NCBI GenBank assembly: GCA_965601925.1 | Contig: OZ271854.1 | Span: 1,792,001 to 1,856,000 of the forward strand | Source: Alkalispirochaeta sp. | Lineage (GTDB): Bacteria > Spirochaetota > Spirochaetia > DSM-27196 > Alkalispirochaetaceae | Direction: 5' to 3' | DNA length: 64,000 nucleotides | Part shown: one piece after another, positions 49,394 through 59,001 of the stretch | Layout of the letters: the number at the start of each line of letters is the position of its first letter | How positions within the stretch are numbered: the stretch's first letter is position 1 | The notes under the pieces: generated by a model | The model's database searches: none | Seen by the model: the letters and a program-made list of their open reading frames with translations, nothing else | Told to the model about the DNA's origin: nothing | Translations under genes and position numbers: made by a program

Positions 49394-49497
49394 AGAAACC
49401 TCCTGTATGCGGAGGCTTGCATGTACCGAAGAGACGGCCCGTGTACGGCCGACCGACGTATCTGCAAGCTCATCTCGCGAAGCTTGGATACAGCAAC

Positions 49498-49640
49498 CTT
49501 TTCGTCAAAGTCTCCTGACTTACGGCGTCACCCGTTGCAGCCTTCCCGGAATCGATCCAGTGGCGTCTTGCATCGGGCATACCGAACACAGTGGCGCGTC
49601 CGCGGGGGAATCTCACCCCTCTTCCTTTGAAACGAAAATG
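49498..49640 (-). ncRNA. Cobalamin (B12) riboswitch aptamer
   Basis: Minus strand reads AAAGGAAGAGGGGTGAGATTCCCCCGCGGACGCGCCACTGT...GCCACTGG...CCGGGAAGGC...AAGTCAGGAGAC (B12 box). P1 formed by TTTTCG..TCAAAG / CTTTGACGAAAA. Lies upstream of btu genes. Confidence 0.93.
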
Positions 49641-49654
49641 TGTGTGTGACGACG

Positions 49655-49683
49655 AGTATGGACGCAAAATAGTGCGGCGTCAA
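49655..49683 (-). promoter_or_regulatory. Sigma70 promoter of the riboswitch/btu operon
   Basis: Minus strand TTGACG (49683-49678), 17 nt, CATACT (49660-49655). Confidence 0.65.
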
Positions 49684-49885
49684 GGCGACGATGCATGGAT
49701 GGAGCAGTAGTGTTGTAAAAACAAACTCTTATTCGGCTATTCATTTTTAAGTATACTTGAACGGTGCGATGAGCGACGGCGTATTACGATACTACGCATG
49801 ACGATGCCGGCTCATTCATAGACCGACGACCGGTACGTACCATCGGACCTCGTCCGGCGACGCGGCCGGGGGCGGCATAGAACGC

Positions 49886-49963
49886 ATGGGACAAAAGGGC
49901 GAGCGGCGAAAACAGCAAATTCTTGAAGCGGCGCGGTGTCTTATCACAGAGAGGATTGTGTGA
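49886..49963 (+). pseudogene. TetR-family N-terminal remnant (25 aa)
   Basis: Hand translation MGQKGERRKQQILEAARCLITERIV* matches TetR helix 1, then stops. Confidence 0.55.
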
Positions 49964-49971
49964 TCGTACAT

Positions 49972-51144
49972 ATGAGAACGTTAAAACGAGCGGTGCTGTT
50001 CCTACTGGGCGTGGGCGCGGCGGTATTCGTCGTCTCCTTTGTTACCGCGTGCACGACGGTTCGATCCGACGTAACGCAGGTCGACTGGTCGGATCAGCCG
50101 ACAGTCGACGGTGTGGACATCCAAACGGTGGTCGACGGGCTGGATCATCCGTGGTCGGTCGCATGGTTGCCCGATCGCGGCTTCCTGATCACCGAGCGCT
50201 CCGGCCGGTTGCTCCGTTTCCGAGACGACGCGACGACCCCCCAAGAGATCGTCGGCGTTCCCGACGTGTTTGCCGAGGGGCAGGGCGGGCTGTTGGATAT
50301 CACGCTCCATCCGCGCTTTGAGGAAAACCGTCTGGTCTATCTGAGTTACGCGTCCGGGACTCGCGAGGCGAACCGTACCCGCGTCTCGCGTTACCGGCTC
50401 GACGGAGATCGGCTCGTCGACGGTGAGCGTATCTTCCAAGTGAACGAGGACAAGAACGGGCGACAGCACTTTGGGTCGCGGTTTCTCTGGCTTCCCGACG
50501 GCACGCTGTTGATCTCGATCGGCGACGGAGGAAATCCGCCGTTGCGATTTGAGGGGGCGTTGCAGCGTGAGCAGGCCCAAGACACCGAGACGCTCTTCGG
50601 GATGGTGGCGCGCGTCGCCGACGACGGTTCTATCCCCGACGATAACCCCTTTCTCGCGGCCGACGGCGTACGGCCGGAGTTTTTCACGATCGGTAACCGA
50701 AACATTCAAGGGATTGCACGCGACGATTCGACCGGCGCGATATGGGTCACCGAACACGGTTCTCGCGGCGGCGACGAGCTAAACCTAGTGCGGGCCGGGC
50801 TGAATTACGGGTGGCCTCTGGTATCGCACAGCCGGGAGTACGTCCGCGGCACGCCGGTCTCGCGCGTTCAGTCGCTCGACGGTTATGAGGACCCGCGTCT
50901 GGTGTGGAGCGACGCAATTGCTCCGTCGGGTTTGGCGATCCGAGATGGTCGTCTGTACGCCGGCGGCCTTAGGAGCCAAGCCGTCCATGAGATCGTCGTG
51001 GTCGACGGAGTATACCAATCGCAACGGACCATTCCGATCGGTGCGCGAGTCCGCGACGTGAGGATCGGGCCCGACGGTGCATTGTACGTACTCACCGACG
51101 AGAGTGAATCGGGACGCCTGCTGCGAATCACGATTCCGGAATGA
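49972..51144 (+). CDS. PQQ-dependent glucose/sorbosone dehydrogenase family (probable lipoprotein)
   Basis: 'GLDHPWS...ITER.G', 'GQGGLLD', 'HFGSR', 'GNRNIQG', 'EHGSRGGDELN', 'NYGWP'. Confidence 0.9.
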   Translation: MRTLKRAVLFLLGVGAAVFVVSFVTACTTVRSDVTQVDWSDQPTVDGVDIQTVVDGLDHPWSVAWLPDRGFLITERSGRLLRFRDDATTPQEIVGVPDVFAEGQGGLLDITLHPRFEENRLVYLSYASGTREANRTRVSRYRLDGDRLVDGERIFQVNEDKNGRQHFGSRFLWLPDGTLLISIGDGGNPPLRFEGALQREQAQDTETLFGMVARVADDGSIPDDNPFLAADGVRPEFFTIGNRNIQGIARDDSTGAIWVTEHGSRGGDELNLVRAGLNYGWPLVSHSREYVRGTPVSRVQSLDGYEDPRLVWSDAIAPSGLAIRDGRLYAGGLRSQAVHEIVVVDGVYQSQRTIPIGARVRDVRIGPDGALYVLTDESESGRLLRITIPE

Positions 51145-51211
51145 CGGTGCGTGCCGCCGTGGAAACCGTGCGTTTGCGCCGAAAGTGCAACCGGGAGGAG
51201 CGACAGGGTTC

Positions 51212-51991
51212 ATGTTTGCCGATCTTCTACAACTCGACCACGTCACGGTCACGATGGCACCCGGCGATGTTGCAGCCATCGAGGAGCGTTTGCAGGACCT
51301 CCAACGGGTCGTGCGGATTGCCGGACGCGAGACGACGCACGCCGAGTCGGGCTCCTGGAATGCACTCTACCTCGGAAACCCCACGGGCTACGTTGAAATC
51401 ATCGAGAGTGATACTCCCGTTCAATCACCGTGTTCGGTATCCCTGCGATCGCGAAAAAAGGGAACGTTGGACGATCTCCAACGGGCGTTGGAAGCGCGGT
51501 CGGTGGCGCACACTCTCTATACGGAGCGCCTCACCGACGGCACCGAGTCGATGGATTGGTTCCGGTGTATCGAGGTCGGTATGGACCAAGGGCGGATGCC
51601 GCTGTTCTTCAACGAGTACTGCAAAGCGTTTTTGGAGGACTGCGGTCTAACTGAAGAGACCATGGATCGTCTTGGAAAGCCGGATGCCGCCGCGGCGCCG
51701 TTCGGCTTCGATTCGGTTGCGGTGCGAGTCGAACGACCCGACGACGCGCTCCTGTCGGTCCTCGACCCACAATGGGCCCGCGATGGATCGGGACCGCAAC
51801 GACACGCGCTTTGTCTCGGAGACGGACGGAGTCTCGTTATCGAATCGTCGTTACCGACGGGGCTCTCGGCGGTCGGGGTTCCGGCATCCGACGTTTTGGA
51901 ACGAGCGATCAATACCGACGGTGGATGGGTCGTATGTACCGTCGGAAGCACTCTCGTTATGCGCCACCGCGATGAGCCCGATCGACCGTGA
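51212..51991 (+). CDS. VOC/glyoxalase-like protein
   Basis: 'LDHVTV', 'NALYLG...YVEII'. GGGAGG upstream of ATG 51212. Confidence 0.5.
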   Translation: MFADLLQLDHVTVTMAPGDVAAIEERLQDLQRVVRIAGRETTHAESGSWNALYLGNPTGYVEIIESDTPVQSPCSVSLRSRKKGTLDDLQRALEARSVAHTLYTERLTDGTESMDWFRCIEVGMDQGRMPLFFNEYCKAFLEDCGLTEETMDRLGKPDAAAAPFGFDSVAVRVERPDDALLSVLDPQWARDGSGPQRHALCLGDGRSLVIESSLPTGLSAVGVPASDVLERAINTDGGWVVCTVGSTLVMRHRDEPDRP

Positions 51992-52121
51992 CGAAAAGCG
52001 CCCGTACCGTTCGATCCGACTCGAGGGATCGGCCGACTGCGACACAATGTTGCACGTGCCGATTGTAATGCACGCATAATTGCCATACATTTGCATCTAT
52101 ATCCTACACTCTGGAGTACGA

Positions 52122-53024
52122 ATGAACCGGCTGATTGCCACGGTACTTGTCGCTTCGGTTTTTCTTACCGGGTGTGTAACGGCGACGAACGTTACCTTTG
52201 ATTCGAGTCCTCCCGGAGCCGACGTATTCGTGGACGGCGAGTTCGTCGGCAGAACTCCGGTCAGTCGCCGAATTGGCAACGGATTCTGGGTCGATCCGAC
52301 TATTCGCGTCGAGTTGGACGGACATGTTCCCGTATCCGCCGACATCGACAAAGAGTTAAAGGGAATCAACCTCGCCCTGGGCATAGCGTTATGGTTGCCC
52401 GCGCTGCTGTGGGTCTCAGGACCGCAGCCGCGACAGTTCTATGCGCTGCGAGCCGCCTCCGACCGTGCCGCAGAGACTCCGTCCGAAAGTGCACCTGATC
52501 GGGAATCGGACGGCGGTATCGTTACGCAGACGTTGGCGTCGATCCGACGGATTCTCGAAAACGGTCGCGAGTTGCGTTTGGCGGTGGTGGCCGCCACCGA
52601 CGCGGACGAGGGAGCGATGGCGGCGCACGTAGACTCGATAACCGTCGAGCTTCTGGATGCCTTCGGTTCCGATCCGCTGTTTACCGTAGTGAATCGTGAA
52701 TCTACCGCCGAGGTCCTGTCGGAGCTCGACTTTCAGTTTTCGGGCCTTGTCGACGACGAACAGATCTCCGAGTACGGGCGACTGTCCGGCGCGAACTATC
52801 TGCTCATCACCGACTACGAACGGCAAGAGCTGGAAAGTGTGTTAACCGTTTCCGATCGACGTCGGTTGGTCGAGGTCGAAACGGGAACCGTGTTCGCATC
52901 CGATATCGTCCAAATCACGATGATCTGGGATGTGCCGTCGGCGCAGTACCGCGTCGTCAGCTCTACGCACAACGGTCGTCCGATGACGATCATCGGCGGA
53001 CGGATGTTTTCCGTCGACGAGTAG
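52122..53024 (+). CDS. PEGA-domain lipoprotein with CsgG/TolB_N-like C-terminal domain
   Basis: 'LTGC' lipobox, 'DSSPPGADVFVDGEFVGRTP', 'VVNRE...ELDFQFSGLVD...GRLSGANY', 'LVEVETG'. Confidence 0.75.
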   Translation: MNRLIATVLVASVFLTGCVTATNVTFDSSPPGADVFVDGEFVGRTPVSRRIGNGFWVDPTIRVELDGHVPVSADIDKELKGINLALGIALWLPALLWVSGPQPRQFYALRAASDRAAETPSESAPDRESDGGIVTQTLASIRRILENGRELRLAVVAATDADEGAMAAHVDSITVELLDAFGSDPLFTVVNRESTAEVLSELDFQFSGLVDDEQISEYGRLSGANYLLITDYERQELESVLTVSDRRRLVEVETGTVFASDIVQITMIWDVPSAQYRVVSSTHNGRPMTIIGGRMFSVDE

Positions 53025-53140
53025 CGCCGCCTACCGATCGACATCCATGTACCGCACGAGAATGAGCGGCGAGCATTCTCGGCGATTCCCTCGGTCGTAC
53101 CGTATCGTACGTCCGGCGATCTGCTATTATATTCATCCTC

Positions 53141-54478
53141 ATGAGCCACAGAACCGGCATAAAACATCGCCTCGAGCATCCGCGCGACCTCATCGTATCG
53201 ATGATGCACCGCGTGTACCGTTACGGAATGACGACGACCTCCGGCGGCAATCTCAGCCTCCTCGACGAGAACGGTTCCGTGTGGCTCACTCCCGGCGGCG
53301 TGGATAAGGGAACTCTGCGCCGCGAGGACATTATCTGCATACGTCCCGACGGGACGGTCGAGGGGCCGCACAGGCCGTCATCCGAGTATCCCTTTCACCG
53401 TGCGATCTATCGCGCGCGTCCCGATGTTCGTGCGATCGTCCACGCCCATCCGCCGGCGTTGGTGAGTTTTTCGGCGGCCCGCATTCCCGTCGAGACGCGC
53501 GCAACGGCAAATGCGTGGCTCACCTGCGGCGACTGCCCCGTCGTGCCGTACGCCGCGCCGGGTAGCGAGGAGTTGGGGGCGAAGATCGCCGATCAGTTCG
53601 GCGCCGGTTCAAACGTAGTGCTCCTGGAAAACCACGGAACGGTTACCGTCGGCAACGATATATTCGAGGCCTTTATGCGCTTCGAGGCCCTCGATTTTTG
53701 CGCGCGCCTTCAGATCGAGGCGGCGCGCTTGGGGACTCTCGCCGTCCTCGACGACCGTGAGATCGCGGAAGTGCACAAAAAGGCGCCGATCCTCGATACG
53801 TTTGAGCTTTCCGACCACGGAACGGCGGAGAAAGAGCTCAGGCGCACGATGGCGGAGCTCACCCATCGCGCCTACGATCAGCACCTCGTAACCAGTACGG
53901 AGGGCACCTTTTCCACTCGCGTGGACGATACATCGTTTCTCATTACGCCCTACGGCTACGATCGAAAGCTATTGGAGCCGGCCGATATGGTGCTTGTGCG
54001 GCACGGAAAGGCGCAGGCGCACCGGCCGCCGAGTCGTTCGGTTCGCCTCCACCGCGCGATCTATCAGGCGCATCCCGATATCGGGGCGGTGATCATCGCC
54101 CATCCGCCCTCGATCATGGCCTTCGCGGTCACCGGTGTCCCGTTCGACTCGCGGGTCATCCCGGAGAGTTACATCATGCTACGCGATATCCCTCAGATGC
54201 CGTACGGCGTACCTTTCACGCAACACGATCGGATCGTGCGTACGCTCTCTCCCGCCTCGCCCAATATCATTGTGCGCAACGACTCGCTCATCGTCACCGG
54301 ATCGAGTCTGTTTGAAGCCTTTGATCGTCTCGAGGTCGCGGAGTTTACCGCCGCGGCGGTGCTTTCGGCGCGGGCGTTGGGGCCGGTCTTTTCAATCGGC
54401 GATGACGATATCCGCGATTTGGAGCGTTCGTTCAATCTTCCGCCGGCGGATCGCGCCGACGCAACGGACGCCGACTGA
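53141..54478 (+). CDS. Tandem class II aldolase/adducin-domain protein
   Basis: Domain 1 'GGNLS...TPGG...SSE...HAH...NHG'; a second homologous domain follows. Confidence 0.88.
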   Translation: MSHRTGIKHRLEHPRDLIVSMMHRVYRYGMTTTSGGNLSLLDENGSVWLTPGGVDKGTLRREDIICIRPDGTVEGPHRPSSEYPFHRAIYRARPDVRAIVHAHPPALVSFSAARIPVETRATANAWLTCGDCPVVPYAAPGSEELGAKIADQFGAGSNVVLLENHGTVTVGNDIFEAFMRFEALDFCARLQIEAARLGTLAVLDDREIAEVHKKAPILDTFELSDHGTAEKELRRTMAELTHRAYDQHLVTSTEGTFSTRVDDTSFLITPYGYDRKLLEPADMVLVRHGKAQAHRPPSRSVRLHRAIYQAHPDIGAVIIAHPPSIMAFAVTGVPFDSRVIPESYIMLRDIPQMPYGVPFTQHDRIVRTLSPASPNIIVRNDSLIVTGSSLFEAFDRLEVAEFTAAAVLSARALGPVFSIGDDDIRDLERSFNLPPADRADATDAD

Positions 54479-55457
54479 CGTTATAGCGCCGACCGAATAC
54501 GAGCTCTATCAGGACACTTCCCTGTGTCGCTCCCAAAAACGGCGTTTGCACGTTACGAAGATCCACCGTCGTGAGGCCCGCGAGGTACCAGTTGCGGCTG
54601 TTGTACCCCAAACTGAGGCGGCCGGAGATTTGCGGCGCAATCGACCATTCCGCTCCGCTGTCGTCGGCAACGTCAAAGTCGCTCCGTTGCAGGCCCAGAC
54701 CGACGGTAACGAGGGGTGCGAAAAAGAGTGATGAGTGGGTGAGAATGGTCGTGAAGCCGAAACCGCCGATCGCCGTATGCGTTTGGATATTCATCGATTC
54801 GCTCCAGATCGTGCCGTCCAGAGCCGGGATGCCGCGGCCCGGGCCGCTCGGCGCCGATATCGTAATGCGACTGATGGAACCCATCCAAACGAGACCGATA
54901 CGCGACCGTTCCGGGATCGTGTCCAGTTTGTATGCCGTCGCAAGGTTGACCCGCGAATTGCGACTCCAAAAAAACGACGCCGCGATCGTTTGCGCCGAAA
55001 GATCGGGAATCCTGGTGTCTTCGATCGGTACGTCGAAGTCCCGATCGTTATCGATGTACATCCCCTCGTGTTCCTGGTAGGTGATGTCGAGTGCATATCG
55101 CCGGCCGTAGAATTGCGCCTGGATATTGGTGAAGTCGGTCTCTCCTCGCGATTCCGACTCCTCCATCGATCCGGGGATGTTGAGACGCGCGCCGATGCCG
55201 ATCGATCTCCACGAAACGCCCAGAATGAGGTGAAGCGGTGCGTTGGGTGTTACGGTGAGGTTTCCGGTGCCGAGCCCATCCTCGTCGAGAGAAAAATTGA
55301 CGTTTTGCAGCCCCGTTCCGAACCCGAAGCGGAGTCCCAGGGGTGGGACGGCCTCTTCTGTAGCGTGTATCGGAGCAGCCGTGGCCGCGCACAACACGAT
55401 GAGCGCGATGGTGCGGCGGAGCCATCGTCGATCGGTGTATTGCGAATAAATGGGCAT
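54432..55457 (-). CDS. DUF4421-like outer-membrane beta-barrel protein
   Basis: Signal peptide, alternating beta-strands, 'LSLGYNSRNWY', 'LVFGRRY'. Confidence 0.6.
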   Translation of the reverse strand: MPIYSQYTDRRWLRRTIALIVLCAATAAPIHATEEAVPPLGLRFGFGTGLQNVNFSLDEDGLGTGNLTVTPNAPLHLILGVSWRSIGIGARLNIPGSMEESESRGETDFTNIQAQFYGRRYALDITYQEHEGMYIDNDRDFDVPIEDTRIPDLSAQTIAASFFWSRNSRVNLATAYKLDTIPERSRIGLVWMGSISRITISAPSGPGRGIPALDGTIWSESMNIQTHTAIGGFGFTTILTHSSLFFAPLVTVGLGLQRSDFDVADDSGAEWSIAPQISGRLSLGYNSRNWYLAGLTTVDLRNVQTPFLGATQGSVLIELVFGRRYNVSRRPLRRRDPPAED

Positions 55458-55547
55458 GTATGAACGGAAGTGTAACGCATTTCCACGACGCTTTCCGCGC
55501 CCTGCGGATTCCGACCACCGTAGTGTAAAAAAGCCGTCGTTGGCGCC

Positions 55548-55591
55548 TTGACTTTTGTTTTATCTAATACTATATTTTGATTGATCAAAAT
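55548..55591 (+). promoter_or_regulatory. tro promoter with overlapping palindromic operator
   Basis: TTGACT (55548-53), 17 nt, TATATT (55571-76). Perfect inverted repeat ATTTTGAT-TG-ATCAAAAT at 55574-55591. Confidence 0.75.
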
Positions 55592-55613
55592 TACATGTTC
55601 CGAGGAGTACGCG

Positions 55614-56774
55614 ATGAAGCACACAATGAAGACGCATCAAAGGAGAACCGCTTTCGCATCCCGGGGTCGTCGGCTCTCGACATCGCGGTCGCTCGCTCTT
55701 GTGCTTGTCGCTATCGCGGGAGTCCTTCCTCTCGCCGCGTCGGGTGCTCGGGAAGGTGCCTCCGCCCCGACGCAGGATGCCGCTCCTGAGGCGCGTACCG
55801 AGCCCATCGAGGCCCGGGACGACGGCGTGTTTCGTATCGTGACGACGACGACCCAGGCGACCGATCTCATCGACATCTTGACGCGCGGCGTCGAGGGAGT
55901 CGAGATGACGCCGCTCATGGGCGCCGGGGTCGATCCGCATCTCTATCAGCCTACTGAGGGTGACATCGCGGCGATGAGTCGCGCCGATATGGTGGTCTAT
56001 AGCGGTCTTCACCTCGAGGGGCAGTTCGATACCGTGTTCGAGGCGCTGCGCGAGCAAGATATACTCATCTACGCGCTCTCCGGGCCGGTACGGGATGCCG
56101 GTTTCGTCATCGGCGCTTTCGATTCGAATTTGGCGCAACTCGGTACCGACGATCCCCATTTTTGGTTTGATCCGCGCAATTGGGAGGTCACGACTCGCGA
56201 TCTCGCCGATGCATTGGCCGCCGTGAATCCCGCCGCCGCCGATGTCTTTCTCGCCAATGCCGAGCACTACACCGCGCAGTTGGAACTCTTGTATGACTGG
56301 GCCGATCGCGGTATGCGCGCGATACCGGGCGGCCAGCGATATTTGGTGACCTCTCACGACGCTTTCCAGTACTTCGGAGCGGCCTTCGGATGGCGCATGG
56401 CCGCCATTCAAGGCATCAGTACCGAGGATGAGGCGGGCGTCGGCGATGTACAGGACACGGTCGACTTCGTCATTACCAACGAGATTCCCGTTCTTTTCGT
56501 CGAAAGCAGTATCCCTCCCGACACGATTCAGGCGGTCGAGGAGGCGATTCGTGCCGAAGGGGGAGTCGTACGCCTCGGTGTACGGGAGTTGTACTCCGAC
56601 GCTATGGGTGAGCGCGGAACGTTCGGCGGTACCTACGTGGGTATGGTCGCCGAAAACGTGCTCACGATTCTTCAGTCCTATCGCTGCGCCGGCGTCGACG
56701 TCACGATCCCCGACTGGCCGGTCGGCGTATCGCCGGTACCTCCCGAGGAGATACTCAATGTGGCCTGTGAGTAG
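55614..56774 (+). CDS. troA: Mn/Zn ABC substrate-binding protein
   Basis: 'GVDPHLY', 'DPHFWFD', 'TSHDAF', 'LYSDAMG' (His,His,His,Asp ligands). GAGGAG RBS. Confidence 0.9.
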   Translation: MKHTMKTHQRRTAFASRGRRLSTSRSLALVLVAIAGVLPLAASGAREGASAPTQDAAPEARTEPIEARDDGVFRIVTTTTQATDLIDILTRGVEGVEMTPLMGAGVDPHLYQPTEGDIAAMSRADMVVYSGLHLEGQFDTVFEALREQDILIYALSGPVRDAGFVIGAFDSNLAQLGTDDPHFWFDPRNWEVTTRDLADALAAVNPAAADVFLANAEHYTAQLELLYDWADRGMRAIPGGQRYLVTSHDAFQYFGAAFGWRMAAIQGISTEDEAGVGDVQDTVDFVITNEIPVLFVESSIPPDTIQAVEEAIRAEGGVVRLGVRELYSDAMGERGTFGGTYVGMVAENVLTILQSYRCAGVDVTIPDWPVGVSPVPPEEILNVACE

Positions 56775-57591
56775 AGATAAACGAAGCGTTGCCGGAGACG
56801 GCGGACCGCGCAGGTCCGACCGTAGCCCTCTTGCGGCTCTCACCGTCGACGATCTTACGATCGCCTACCACGGAAAACCGGCGATTTGGGACGTCGATCT
56901 CAACGTTCCGCAGGGCGTGCTTATGGCGCTCGTAGGTCCCAACGGCGCGGGGAAGAGCACGCTGCTCAAGGCGATACTCGGCCTCGTTTCGCGGTCCGCG
57001 GGAACGGTCGAGGTCTTCGGGCAATCGTACGAGCGTTCGCGGTCGATGGTCGGATACGTCCCGCAGCGCGGGAGCGTCGACTGGGATTTCCCGACGACGG
57101 TGCTCGACGTCGTGACGATGGGGTTGTACGGTCGCCTCGGATTGGTCCGGCGCCCCGGCAAACGGGAGCGCGAGGCGGCGATGTACGCACTCGAGCAGGT
57201 GAAGCTCCAGGACTTTGCATCTCGGCAGATCAGTCAGCTCTCCGGCGGTCAGCAACAGCGCACCTTTCTCGCGCGTGCGCTCGTCCAGGATGCCCGTCTG
57301 TACCTCATGGATGAGCCGTTTGCCGCCGTTGACGCGGTAACGGAGCGGTCGATCGTGGCGATTCTCAAGGCGCTCCAGGAGCGCGGGCGCACCGTCGTCG
57401 TCGTGCATCACGATCTGCAGACCGTGACTGAGTATTTCGACTGGGTAACGCTCCTTAATGTGGAGATCGTCGCCAGTGGGCCGACCTCCGAGGTATTTAC
57501 CGCCGATATGTTGCGTAAGACCTACGGCGGCAGCGTCGCTTCGGTCGCCGGTGTAGCCGCCGGCCGAGCTGCGAACCCAGTTGAGGATTAG
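56767..57591 (+). CDS. troB: Mn/Zn ABC ATPase
   Basis: 'GPNGAGKST', '[13 protein letters not shown]', 'LSGGQQQR', 'VHHD'. Start approximate. Confidence 0.9.
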   Translation: MSRDKRSVAGDGGPRRSDRSPLAALTVDDLTIAYHGKPAIWDVDLNVPQGVLMALVGPNGAGKSTLLKAILGLVSRSAGTVEVFGQSYERSRSMVGYVPQRGSVDWDFPTTVLDVVTMGLYGRLGLVRRPGKREREAAMYALEQVKLQDFASRQISQLSGGQQQRTFLARALVQDARLYLMDEPFAAVDAVTERSIVAILKALQERGRTVVVVHHDLQTVTEYFDWVTLLNVEIVASGPTSEVFTADMLRKTYGGSVASVAGVAAGRAANPVED

Positions 57592-59001
57592 ATGACGCGC
57601 GTACGTCGTGGGAGTCGCGGCGCGACGATCTTTTCGGATGTCGGCCGCGACCGCCCGTTTTCCTCCGATCGGCGGGTGTTCTTCGTATTCGCCGCGACGA
57701 TTGCGATGATGATACTCTTCGTGCCGACGAGCGTTGTCGTCCTCGGCGTTCGATACACCTACACGCTCCGTACCGTGGCGCTCGGCGGAGCGTTGCTGGG
57801 TGCGGTGAGTGGGTTTCTCGGGTGCTTCGCGGTGTTGCGAAAACAGAGCCTCCTCGGCGATGCACTTTCGCACGCGGCGCTCCCCGGTGTGGCGATTGCA
57901 TTTCTCATCGCCGGGCGAGAGTTAGGTGCGCTTTTGATCGGGGCGGCCGTCGCGAGTTGGCTCGGCGTCGGCTTCATCAGACTCGTCGCGGGTAATACCC
58001 GGATTAAGGACGATACGGCGATGGGGATCGTGCTCGCCGGTTGGTTTGCCGCCGGTATCGTCGGTTTGACCTACATTCAAGGGCGACCGGATGCGAGTCA
58101 GGCGGGCCTCGACAGCTTCATATTCGGCCAGGCAGCAGCCATCGTCCGCGGTGAGGTACGGCTCGTTGCCGTCGTCTCCGCGATTGCGCTCGGCGTCGTA
58201 GCGCTCTTTTGGAAGCAATTCAAGATCATCGCCTTCGATCCCGAGTTCTCCGGCGCGAACGGATTTCGCGTGTCGTTGTGGAACGGTTTGCTTTCGGCGC
58301 TCGTCGTAATCGCAATCGTCATGGGGCTGCAACTCGCCGGCGTCATTCTCATGGTCGGCATGCTGATCGCCCCCGGTGTTGCGGCACGGCAGTGGACGGA
58401 CACGCTGGGTCACATGACACTCCTCGCCGCGCTGTTCGGCGCCGCCTCCGGCGCCGTCGGAGCAATTCTCAGCGCCGTCGAAAGCGATCTGCCTACCGGC
58501 CCTATGATTATCGTGACTTCAACGTGCATCGTGTTCATCTCCATCGCCTTTGCGCCGCGACGCGGTGTCGTATGGGTCGCGCTCGCCCGTCGTGCCGACA
58601 GCCGGCGGTTCGCCATGCGAACGCTCCTGAGAGACGTCTACCACTACGCCTACGACCATCGAAGCGACAATGTGCCGGAGGAGTTTCTCCTGGGCGTTCG
58701 TGGCCGGGCGGGGCGTAGAGCGCTCCGCGCGCTGCTGGGGAGGCGACTGTTGCGCCGTATTCAGGAGAGCGCGGAGATCGTAAACTGGTGTCTCACCGAC
58801 AAAGGGGCCGAGATCGCGCGGTCGGACGCGCGCAATCAGCGTCTATGGGATCTCTATCGGGAGCTCGCGGACAAACTCGACCTCCCTGCGGTCCCCGAGG
58901 AGCGAGAGCGCGACATACGAGCCGTACTCCCCACCGGGGCGGTCGAAGTATTGGAGGAGATGCTCGGAGAAGAGGGAGCGGAACCCCGTGTTCGCGGTTG
59001 A
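57592..59001 (+). CDS. troC: Mn/Zn ABC permease fused to a DtxR-like C-terminal domain
   Basis: 'SLLGDALSHAALPG', 'FGQAAA', 'GPMII'; C-terminal 'LTDKGAEIAR...RLWDLY'. Confidence 0.85.
   Translation: MTRVRRGSRGATIFSDVGRDRPFSSDRRVFFVFAATIAMMILFVPTSVVVLGVRYTYTLRTVALGGALLGAVSGFLGCFAVLRKQSLLGDALSHAALPGVAIAFLIAGRELGALLIGAAVASWLGVGFIRLVAGNTRIKDDTAMGIVLAGWFAAGIVGLTYIQGRPDASQAGLDSFIFGQAAAIVRGEVRLVAVVSAIALGVVALFWKQFKIIAFDPEFSGANGFRVSLWNGLLSALVVIAIVMGLQLAGVILMVGMLIAPGVAARQWTDTLGHMTLLAALFGAASGAVGAILSAVESDLPTGPMIIVTSTCIVFISIAFAPRRGVVWVALARRADSRRFAMRTLLRDVYHYAYDHRSDNVPEEFLLGVRGRAGRRALRALLGRRLLRRIQESAEIVNWCLTDKGAEIARSDARNQRLWDLYRELADKLDLPAVPEERERDIRAVLPTGAVEVLEEMLGEEGAEPRVRG

Noticed and set aside
52075..52100. 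TTGCCATACATTTGCA as a sigma54 site
   Set aside because: The -24 GG dinucleotide is absent; the reverse-strand candidate has 11-nt spacing.
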